Shown here piece by piece: positions 27,666 to 37,427 of a DNA stretch of 64,000 nt. Source of the stretch: Ilumatobacteraceae bacterium. Lineage in GTDB: Bacteria; Actinomycetota; Acidimicrobiia; Acidimicrobiales; Ilumatobacteraceae. Where the stretch lies: assembly GCA_037045185.1 (NCBI GenBank), contig JBAOHQ010000007.1:168212-232211 (forward strand), written 5' to 3'. The notes below the pieces were generated by a model. It worked only from the letters and a program-made list of their open reading frames with translations, made no database searches and was not told where the DNA came from. Position 1 is the first letter of the stretch. The number at the start of each line of letters is the position of its first letter. The translations under genes were made by a program, and so were the position numbers.

Positions 27666-30600
27666 ATGGCTGACGCCTGCCGCCCGGTGGAGACCTGGCC
27701 GGTCGTGCTGCTCGGCCCGATGGTGCGCAGGGTCACGCCCGACGCCGTCTCGGTGTTCATCGCCACGTCCGTGGCCGCCACGGCGCAGCTGGCGGTCCGC
27801 CCTGGGCGCCTGCTGGCCACCCAGCTCGGCGACGGCGACTTCGCCCCAAACCCGGTGGTCACTCTCGACCGCCTGGGCGACCGGCTGTGGGTGGGGCTGG
27901 TCCAGGCCCGGCTGCCCGGTGACTCGGCCCGCGGCCAGGTGTACAGCTACGACGTCCGAATCACCGAGGGCGCAACCCGCCGCGGGCTTCGCGAGCTCGG
28001 TGAGCTGGGCGACGGGTTCAGCGCCGACGACATCCAGGACAGCATCCCGCTCGGCTACACCGCCGGGTTCCTGCCGTCGTTCGTGGTCGTCCCCGGCGAC
28101 ATCACCGATCTGCGCCTGGCGCAGGCGTCGTGCCGCAAACCGCACGGCGGCGTGGAGGACGAGCCGGACGCGCTGACGATCCTCGACGAGGTCATCGCCC
28201 TGTCGCTCGGGGTGTCCCCGACCATGCCCGCCGAAGAGCTCGTCGTTGGGCAGGAGAGCGTCACCCTGCCCGAGGCGCCGCCGCCGTCGAACCGCCAGCG
28301 CCCCCACCAGCTGCTTCTGACCGGCGACCAGATCTACGCCGACGACGTGGCCACCGCGCTGGGTGTGGCCATCACCGAGGCCGCTGGGTTGCTGCTCGGC
28401 TGGGAGGAGCACACCCCCGGGGTCAACCTGGCGACCAGCTTCATGACCGCCCCCGGCTGGCGCTCGCGGTTCCTCGACCAGGCCGGGTTCGTCGAGGCCC
28501 CCGACGTCGGGTCGGTCGACTACGCCGCCAACCACCTGCTGACCTTCGCCGAGTGGTGCGCGATGTACGTGTTCGCCTGGTCGGACGCCCTGTGGAAGCG
28601 CACCGCGGACGGTCTCGGGGTGGAGCTTCCCGAGCCCGGCGAGCGGCTGTTCGTCAGCGAGGGGGTCAAGCTGCTGGACTACCTCGCATTGCTCGGCCAG
28701 AACGTCGTCCCGCCGACGATGACCAGGTGGGTCGAGTTGGCCGGAAAACTCGACGAGTTCCCCAAATACGTCAGCGACACGTGGTGGGAGACGCGTGATC
28801 CGGCGATGGCCTTCGGCGCGACCGTCCGGCGGGTTCGCCGGTTGCTGGCCAACGTCAGCACGCTGACGATGTTCGACGACCATGACGTCACCGACGACTG
28901 GTACCTCAACGGCGACACCGCCGAGGCGATGCTGGCCCAGGACAAGGACGTGGCGACCGACGGGGAGATCTCCGTCGTCGGGCCGCGGCTCATCCGCAAC
29001 GCACTGTCGGCCTACGCCATCTTCCAGCACTGGGGCAACGTGCCCGACGACTTCGGGATGGGCGAGGTGGGCGAACCGCGCGACGGCGACCGCCTCGGCG
29101 CCCGGCTGCTGGCCGCCTGGGTGACCGGCGACATCGACCCGGACACCGGCCATGTCGACGTCCCGACGCTGGGGTTCGAGGGCGGTTTCGACGGGGCCCT
29201 CGACCTGACCCACGAGGCCGACGTGTTGCTCGGGTTGACGCCGTTCCCGTCACCGGTGCCACCGCTTGGCACGGCGCGCCACGAGTTCGAGCGGATGCGC
29301 TGGGATTACTCGATCGACTTCGGGTGCTACCGGCTGGTGGCCCTGGACACGAGGACCTGGCGGGACTACCCGAGCGCGCCGACGCCGTTCGAGTGGGCCG
29401 GCGCGCCGGGGGTGGAGCCCTCGCCACTCGACACCGCCAGCCGGGACTACGTCGAGCAACTGGCCGCCGCGTGGGATGCCGCCGCGGCACTGGGCTCGGC
29501 GGACAACGTCGAGACCTTCGCTACCCTGCTGCGCGCCGTCCAGGCAGCAGCGGCGGAGACCGTGACCACCGACCTGACCGGGTATCTGGCCGACGTGGCC
29601 GATCTCACTGAAGCGCTGATCTCGGCAACCTGGCCGCCCAGCAGCGTCGACGCGGCCGCTACCGAGTTGGCTCGCTACCGCGCCGGTGGCGGTCTCTCCG
29701 CCGGGCGGGCCACGCAGTTGTGGCAGGCGTCGGTCCTGCTTGACAACCTCAGCCAGATCCCGGTCTCCGTGGACCTCGAACCACTCTCTCACGCCCTCGA
29801 CCATCTCGGTCGGTACCTGCAGACCGAGGCCAGTGGAACCTCGGCACAGATGGCGCCCGTGGTCGCCGGATTGTCGGCGACGCTGAACGACGACCTGATC
29901 CACGTGCTGTCGGGCACCCCGCAGATGGAGGCGATCGTCCGCCAGGCGGTGAACGAGGTCGGTCCCCCGCTGGCCGAGGCGATCGTCGCCCTGGTCCCCG
30001 ACGAATGGCAGCGCAAGTTCTTCCGTGACGGCACCGGGCAGCTGGGTGCCGGGCTGATCAGCCGCGACGCCCTGGCGTTCCAGCTCACCGACGCGGTGGT
30101 GGCCGACGACCCGAACCTGGCACCGGGCGCCCAGCCGCCGACCGTGATCGTCTCCCCGGCGCCGGTCTTCGGCAACACGCTCGTCGAGATCGTCCAGCGC
30201 CTGCAGGTCGTCAAGGTCACCCTCCAGGGCGGGGCGGGCGCGGTGGAGTGGGAGTACGAGGCCTGGGCGGCGAACGCACCCGCGCTGGCCGAGCTGTTCG
30301 GCGCGGCCCAGGCCCTGTCCCGCTGCGTGGTCCTGTCCGGCGACGTGCACTACGCCAACTCGTCGGTCAACGACGTGACGATGCTGCTCGACGGCGTCAG
30401 CACCCGCTACGTCCAACTGACCTCGTCGGCGGCGCGCAACGCCGACTGGAAGACGACCAAGTTCGGGTTGCTCGACGACATGCTGTGGGAGGACAGCGGG
30501 GCGTTCCACCTCAGCCAGATGGCTCTCCGGGCGGTGGAGGGCAACCCGCAGCCCGACGGGCCGAGCCTGATCGGCTGGGCCGAGGAGATCGGCGCCGAGT

Positions 30601-31274
30601 GGGCCGAGGAGACCTTCTCGGTCGAGCACTTCGCCGAGTGGCTGGACGGAAAGCTGGAACGCCTACCGCTGACCCCGCTGGAACTCGCCCGCTGGCAGGT
30701 GATGGCGCCGCTGAACACGGCCAAGTCCTACCTGGCCGAGTCCGTGTACAGCGCCTTCGAGCTGGTCAAGCTGGCCAGGGAGTTGAGTGACGACCCCAAG
30801 GAGGTGATCTTCGGCGACTACCTGACGGCGCGCGACGTGATCCGTCAACAGTTGATCGATCTGTACAAGGACATCGGCGTCGACCATGCCTACGGCTTCG
30901 CCGTCAAGCGGACCATGCTGCGCGACCTGCGGCCCGACCGTGTCGACCAGTACCCGGCCAGGCGGCGCTTTGCCAAGTACGACCGGCAGACGTCGAACAT
31001 CCGCGCCTACGCCGACATCCAGGAGGTCCAGACCGTCGGCCACAACAACGTCGGCCTGGTCAGCTTCACCGGGAGCGGCGGCGTGGTCGACGGCGTCCGT
31101 CACGAGCTGCTGTGGTTCATCGTCCCCGAACCGGAGGCCAAGCTCTCCTCGCCCGGGCTGGTCGTCGGTGCGCCCGTGCGTGACGACTGGATGGGCACGG
31201 TGCACGAGTGCGGCTGGACCAGCGCCGCGCACCGGTACTACCCCCCGCCCACGACCGGACTGGGGAACAGCTGA
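27666..31274 (+). CDS. Cluster gene A: giant PhoD-like metallophosphoesterase (1202 aa)
   Basis: Single intact ORF. PhoD-type order of motifs: LRLAQASCRKPHG, LLLTGDQIYADD, TMFDDHDVTDDW and VVLSGDVHYANSS, with very long insertions and a C-terminal extension. Confidence 0.75.
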   Translation: MADACRPVETWPVVLLGPMVRRVTPDAVSVFIATSVAATAQLAVRPGRLLATQLGDGDFAPNPVVTLDRLGDRLWVGLVQARLPGDSARGQVYSYDVRITEGATRRGLRELGELGDGFSADDIQDSIPLGYTAGFLPSFVVVPGDITDLRLAQASCRKPHGGVEDEPDALTILDEVIALSLGVSPTMPAEELVVGQESVTLPEAPPPSNRQRPHQLLLTGDQIYADDVATALGVAITEAAGLLLGWEEHTPGVNLATSFMTAPGWRSRFLDQAGFVEAPDVGSVDYAANHLLTFAEWCAMYVFAWSDALWKRTADGLGVELPEPGERLFVSEGVKLLDYLALLGQNVVPPTMTRWVELAGKLDEFPKYVSDTWWETRDPAMAFGATVRRVRRLLANVSTLTMFDDHDVTDDWYLNGDTAEAMLAQDKDVATDGEISVVGPRLIRNALSAYAIFQHWGNVPDDFGMGEVGEPRDGDRLGARLLAAWVTGDIDPDTGHVDVPTLGFEGGFDGALDLTHEADVLLGLTPFPSPVPPLGTARHEFERMRWDYSIDFGCYRLVALDTRTWRDYPSAPTPFEWAGAPGVEPSPLDTASRDYVEQLAAAWDAAAALGSADNVETFATLLRAVQAAAAETVTTDLTGYLADVADLTEALISATWPPSSVDAAATELARYRAGGGLSAGRATQLWQASVLLDNLSQIPVSVDLEPLSHALDHLGRYLQTEASGTSAQMAPVVAGLSATLNDDLIHVLSGTPQMEAIVRQAVNEVGPPLAEAIVALVPDEWQRKFFRDGTGQLGAGLISRDALAFQLTDAVVADDPNLAPGAQPPTVIVSPAPVFGNTLVEIVQRLQVVKVTLQGGAGAVEWEYEAWAANAPALAELFGAAQALSRCVVLSGDVHYANSSVNDVTMLLDGVSTRYVQLTSSAARNADWKTTKFGLLDDMLWEDSGAFHLSQMALRAVEGNPQPDGPSLIGWAEEIGAEWAEETFSVEHFAEWLDGKLERLPLTPLELARWQVMAPLNTAKSYLAESVYSAFELVKLARELSDDPKEVIFGDYLTARDVIRQQLIDLYKDIGVDHAYGFAVKRTMLRDLRPDRVDQYPARRRFAKYDRQTSNIRAYADIQEVQTVGHNNVGLVSFTGSGGVVDGVRHELLWFIVPEPEAKLSSPGLVVGAPVRDDWMGTVHECGWTSAAHRYYPPPTTGLGNS

Positions 31275-34200
31275 TGGCCGATCTCGGACGCTCGATCGCC
31301 GCCGAGGTCCAGCGGTTCCTCCGGCCGCTCACCGACCTGGCCTATGCCCGTGACCCGGCCGCCGCTACCCGGCGGCTGCTGCGCCGGGCCGGATGGACGG
31401 TGCCGGTGACGCTTGACCCGGTGCCGCTGCTCGACGCCGTCGCCGAGCTGCAGTCCGCCGTCACGGCGCTGCTCGACGATCCCGTTCCTGACTCGCTGGG
31501 CGAGGTGGCCACCTGGCTGCAGACGGTTCTGGACCTGGTCGAGCAGGCGCGAACGATCGGCGAGACCATCGGCCAGGCCGTGGGTCCGCCAGGGGCCAGC
31601 GCCGCCCCGCTTGGCGAACTGGCCGCCGATGTGACGGGCCTGCTCCTGGTGCAGTGGGCCGGGAACCGTCGCCCGCTGCTCGATCTTGCGGCGCTGACCG
31701 GCGTGTACCAGATCGTCGACTCGCCCGCGGTCAGCGAGGGCGGGTGGGCACGTCCGAGCGGGCGAAGGGCGGTGTTCCACCCGGAGGCGGTGTTGACCTT
31801 CGCCGGTGATCCCCTCGGATCGCTCACCGCTCGGTTCGCCCCGGACGGATGGGCAACCTCGGAGGGCGCGGCGTTGAGCGGCGTGCTGGTCCAGGGTGCG
31901 CTCGGCCCGTTCGTGACCCGCCACGGCGGACGGTGGGCCGTGGACCCGGCGATGCTCCGCCAGTCCGGCGGGCCCGGCCAGGCGGGTTGGACCGCGGCGA
32001 TCGCCCTGCCGGCGCCGGTCAACCCGCCGGGCGGCGATGCGGTGGTGACCGCCGAGGTCACCTTCGTGTCCGCCGCCGACACCGACTCCACCGGGATCAG
32101 CGGGCCGGCGGTCGAGATCCGCCCGAGCGGCTCGTTCGGCGGAACGATCGCCGGGAGTCCATGGACGGTGACGACGACGTTCGACGTGCAGACGGCATCC
32201 GGCCCGGCGAGCCCGACCGACTCGATCGTCGTGACCCCCGACGGTGTCCGCGGTCCTGGCGGGTTGGCGGCCCTGGCGGACGTGACCGTGGGCCGGACCG
32301 CCGACCTGGTGATCGGCTCCGCGGCCACCGGGCTGACGCTCGGTGACGTCAGCCTGCGGCTGTTCGCCTCGATCGACGGCGACGGGGCCGACGCCGGGTT
32401 CGCCGTCCTGGCCAGCAGGAGCCGGCTGGGGATCAGCACCGCCGACTTCGGCAGCGTGGTCTCCTCGATCGTGTCGTTCGACCTGGCCGCCGACTTCGAT
32501 GCCGGCGTGGAGTGGTCCCGCCGCGGCGGCCTGCGTCTCAGCGGGTCGGCCGATCTGTCGATGCCGCTCGTGTCCCAGTTGGTGCTCGGTCCGCTCACGG
32601 TCAGCAACGTGGTCCTCGAAGCTCACGATCGCCGACACCCTCGGTGTGCTCGTCGCCGGTGACGTGGCGCTGACCATCGGACCCGTCGCCCTCGTCCTCC
32701 AGCACGTCGGCGTCGGGGTCGACGCGGAACCGCGGCGGACGGCGAACGCCCCGTTCGCCATCGGCCTCGCCGCCCAACCACCCACCGGCGCCGGCCTCGC
32801 CGTCGACGCCGGTGTCGTCAGCGGCGGGGGGTTCCTGGAGATCATCAGCGCAACCGGCAGCTACGAGGGGGTCGTCGACCTCCAGGCGTTGGGGGTGGGG
32901 ATCTCGGCGGTGGTCATCGTCGACACGGAGGTGCCGGGCAGCGACGGATGGTCGATGTTCCTGGCGCTGTTCCTCAGCCTGCCGTCGATCCAGCTCGGCT
33001 TCGGCTTCACCCTCACGGGCGTCGGCGGAGTGGCCGGGGTCAACCGCACGCTCGACCCCGAAGCGCTCGGCGCAGCCGTGCGCACCGGGGCCTTGGACGC
33101 CGCCCTGTTCCCTGACGACCCGATTGCCGAAGCCCCCGCCATCATCGACACGTTCGCGCAGATCTTCCCGCCGGCGCCGGGTCAGGTGGTGTTCGGGCCG
33201 GTGGTCCGCATCGGCTGGGGCACCCCGTCGCTGGTCGAGGCCGTGCTCGGGATCGTCATCGCCCTCCCCGATCCCGTGCTGCTTGCCGTCGTCGGATCGG
33301 TCACCGCCGTCCTGCCCACGGCCGACCTCGACCTGGTGTCGATCCACCTCGACGTGGGCGGGGTCATCGACGTGACTGCTGGGACGCTCTCGGTCAGCGC
33401 CGCGCTGCACGACTCGAGCATCGTCGGATTCGCACTGTCCGGCGGGATGGAGCTGCGCGCCGACTTCGGCGCCAAGCCCAGCTTCCTTTTGGCCCTCGGC
33501 GGGTTCCACCCGGGGTTCAAGGACGTCCCCCCGGGTTCCCCGACGTCGCCCGGTTGCAGCTGGCGCTGACCTCCAACCCGCTGTTCAACGTCAGCTGCCG
33601 CTCGTACCTGGCCATCGTCGCCAACACCGTCCAGTTCGGGGCGGCCCTCGACGTCAGCGCCGAGATCAGCGGCTTCCGGATCGCCGGCGGGGCGTCGTTC
33701 GACGCCCTCGTCGAGTTCGGTCCGTTCCACCTGACCACCCAGGTCGGCATGTACATCTCGGTGTCCGCGGTCGGCATCGATCTTGCCGGGGTGTGGCTCG
33801 ACCTGGAGGTACGCGGGCCGAACCGCTGGGTGTTCGACGGCCTGGCGCGGTTCACCGTGCTGGGTTTCGAGGAACAGATCGAGGTTCACGAAGAGATCGG
33901 CTCGGCTCGCCAGGAGCCCCCGGTACCCGCTGTCGACCCCCGGCCGGCGATCCTCGCCGCACTGGAGCTGGCCGAGGCGTGGACCGTCGTGGGGGCGCTT
34001 GGCGGTTCGGGCGTCACGGTGGCGGCGAGCGGCTCGGCGATCGCCGCAGCACCCGACGCCGGTCTGGCGGTCGGCCAGCGGGTGGCGCCGCTTGGCATCG
34101 AGCTGACCCACATCGGGGAGTCACCGATCGGGGACTACCGCACCTTCACGATCGAAGCCCGGCCGGCCTCGCTGCCGGTCACCGGCGAGACGACCGACTG

Positions 34201-34631
34201 GTTCGCCCCCGCCCAGTTCCTCGACATCGATGCCACTGCCGCCCTCGGCGGGCCGTCGTTCGAACGGTTGGCCAACGGGGTGACGCTCGGCGGTGCCGTC
34301 CCGACCGCCGGTGCCGCGCTGGCGTCGACGCTGGCCTACGAGCAGATCCTGCGTGACCCGTCGATGGGGATCGACAGCCTGACGCTCGACGACACCCACG
34401 ACCCGACCGGCGACGACCGGCTGTTGATCGGGATGTCGTTCGGTGGATCCCTGGCCGGTGGCCCCTACACGATGGCATCGGGCGACGTACCGGCGATGAC
34501 GGACATCCAGTACGCCGTGGTCGACGCCACGACCGGCGCCACCCTGGCCACCGCGACGAGCTGGAGCGCGGCGCACGCGACGCGCCGCGCCCTCCGAGGC
34601 GATCGTGCCGACGTGGGAGCTGGCCAGATGA
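31274..34631 (+). CDS. Cluster gene B: giant DUF6603-like protein (about 1118 aa); at least 2 frame breaks as sequenced
   Basis: ATG overlaps the gene A stop (TGATG). The coding path runs through tracked ORFs 31208..32662, 32343..33569 and 33554..36163. Breaks at about 32621 (VVLE|LTIADTLGV) and in the C6 run 33527-33532 (GGFHPGFKDVPPG|FPDVARLQLALTSNP). The 3' end is assumed at the ATGA junction 34628-34631 and is uncertain. Confidence 0.6.
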
Positions 34632-37426
34632 GCAGCGCACCGATCGTTGCCCCGCTGTTCATCCCATGGCTGCGAACCGGGCTGGCCAGCAGCATCACCG
34701 TCGAGGCCGTCGACGGCCTGGCGCCCGGGGAGACGGCGACGGTCACCGCCTCGGTGCGGTTGCGCAGCAGCGGACCCACCGCCGACGAGGTCGACGTGGT
34801 CCACGGGCCGCCGATCGAGCTGCTCGGTCCGGCGGCGGTCGTCGCGCTGGACGCTGCGCAGGTGGTGCGCGTCGACCCGGCGCCCGGTTCGTCGGACATG
34901 GAGACGAACCTGTTCGCCGCCGTGGAACTGGCCGGAGCCGATCTCCCGTGGCGGTTCACCCCGGCCGCGGTGGCAGCGGGGGACGACCGGCTGCAGCCGT
35001 GGCTGGTGCTGGTGGTGGTTCCCGCCCGGCCCGGCGTGGTGCTGGGCGGCGGTGACTCCGGCCGCCAGACCCTGACCGTCGACTCGCCGGACACCGAACT
35101 GGCCAACCTGGCCGACTCGTGGGCCTGGGCCCACGTGCAGGGCGACATCGATCTCGCCGATCCGTCACCGGCGGGTGTCGCCGCGGCGTACGCCGCCACG
35201 CCTGAGCGCTTCCGTGCCCGGCTGTTGTGCCCGCGCCGGCTGACACCGAACACGTCGTGGATCGCCGCCCTGGTTCCCAGCTTCGAGGCCGGCCGCGCCG
35301 CTGGGCTGGGAGTCCCACCGCGCCCCGGCCGCACCCTGGCCTGGCTGGCAGGGGACCGGGACCTGACGTTGCCCGTGTACTACTCGTGGCGCTTCAGCAC
35401 CTCGGCGGCCGGGGACTTCGAGTCGCTCGTCCGGCGGTTGACCCCGCGGGAACTCCCCCGCGGAGGTCGGCCGCCGGACCATCGACCTGTCGAGCTCCCG
35501 GAGGGGGCCTTCCCGCCGACCCGGCTGCGGCCACCACCTTCGTGGGTGCGCTGGTCTCCCCGCAGCGTCCACCCCGGGAGCCACCCAACGCTGGTCTGCG
35601 CCGGATCGAGGCCGAGCTTCCCGGGGTTGCTCAACGCCACGATCACCGCCGGCGTGACGACCGTGCCCTACGAGTGGAGCACCGCTGATCCCGTGGTCGG
35701 ACCGCACCGCTACGTGGCCACTCAGGCGGCCGAGTCGGTCGTGCCGGCGGTGGGAGACGAGCCGGTGTGGTTCGGTGAGCTCAACGTCCGAGCCGCACCA
35801 CCGTGCCGGCGCCGGGTTGGGGGCGCGGCATCGTCCGCCAGGACCAGGAGGCCCTGCTCGCCGCTGCGTGGACGCAGTGCCAGTCACTGCGGCCGGTCAA
35901 CGACCTGCTGCGCACGGCCCGCGTGGCCTGGGGAGGCCGCCGCGCCGCTGGCCACCCGGGTGAGCGCGCGCTGGCCGACGAGGACCTGGTGCAGCTGGCG
36001 GCACCCGCTGCCGACCGGCTGCGCCTGGCCGGGGGGACCCTGCGCCAGACCAGTGGCTTGCTGGGCGTGCCGGGTGGGCTGCTGTCGGGCGCGTTCCGGC
36101 GGATCTGCGCCAGCACCCCCAGCCTGGTGGCCAGGAGAGCGACGGGGGAGAGGCGAGTCCTGACAGCGTCGGTCACCGCGCAGTGCCTGGCCGACCCGCC
36201 GGCGTTCGTCTCCTGGACCACCTCCCTGGACGTCTCCGGCGCCGACGTCTACCAGCCGGCCACCACCCAGGCGCCGGACCTGGCGGTCGGTGGCGTTCAT
36301 CGGCCGACGACCGGCGTCCGCCGCCAGGTGGCGCGCCCGACCCGGCCCGAGGTCGCCGCCCGGGTTTCGACCAGCGGTCCGATCGGCGGCGGTCCCATCG
36401 GCGGCGGCCCCGTGGTGGTCGGGATCCCGACGTCGACGGTTCCGCTGGCCACCCAGGTTCGTGCGGCGCTGGATCCGCAGGCCACCGTCGTCGCCATGGT
36501 GGAGACGCGCATCACCGGCCTGGATCCGGCACGGGCACATCCCGTACCGCAGCGGCTGACGGCCGCGCCACGGTTCTCCACACCGATGTACGCCCGCCTG
36601 GCGCGCCTCGACCCCGAGTACGTCCTCCCCGGCGTCAGCGACATCCCGGCGGACACGGTGGGGGTTCTGGCGATCAACGACGCGTTCGTCGAGGCGTACC
36701 TGGCCGGGCTGAACGACGAGATCGGCCGCGAGTTCCTGTGGCGTGAGTACCCGACGCCGCTCGACGCCACGTGGTTCGACCGCTTCTGGGACACCGTGGA
36801 CGGTTCGGCCGACATCACCGAGATCGCCTCGTGGACGCGTGGTTCGCGCCTCGGCCGTCACCGACCGCACGGCGCCCCGGCAACCGGCCTGGTCCTGCTG
36901 GTCACCGGGACCCTGCTGCGCCGCTACCCCGACACCAAGATCACCCTGGTGGAGGCGACCTGGACCGCGGAGGGCCGGCGTGAGGATCGCACGGCCGGCG
37001 CCGATGTCCGCCTGCCCACGTTCACCGGCGCCTTGGGCGCCGGGGTCCGCTTCTTCGGCTTCGACATCGAGATCGACCGTGCTCGTCGGCTCGGCGGAAC
37101 GCAGCGAACACCCCGGGTACTTCTTCGCCTTCGAGGAGCAGCCCGATGAACCGCGGTTCGGCCTCGACCAGCCGGCCAGGCCCCAGCGTGGAACGATCCC
37201 GGGCTCGTGGAGCGAGCTGTCCTGGGCCCACCTGGTCCCGACGCGCACCGGCGAGGTCCCGACGTTCGTCGACCTGGCCGCGGCGACCACCCTGACCGGT
37301 GTCAGCCGCAGCGGGCACGGGGGACGCGATCGGTGGGCCGACAACGCAGCGGCGATGGCCAGGATCACCCTGCAGACCCCGGTGCGGATGCTGGTCCACG
37401 CCGACTCGATGCTGGCGGAGGGTTGA
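34628..37426 (+). CDS. Cluster gene C: large uncharacterised protein (about 930 aa); about 6 frame breaks as sequenced
   Basis: Starts MSSAPIVAPLFIPWLRTG. Conserved-looking blocks DLPWRFTP, QPWLVLVVV, SWAWAHVQ, RLLCPRRL and PGYFFAFEEQPDEPRFGLD. Frame changes at about 35455-59, 35503-07, 35623-26, 35789, 35819-26 and 37078. Confidence 0.6.
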
Positions 37427-37427
37427 C

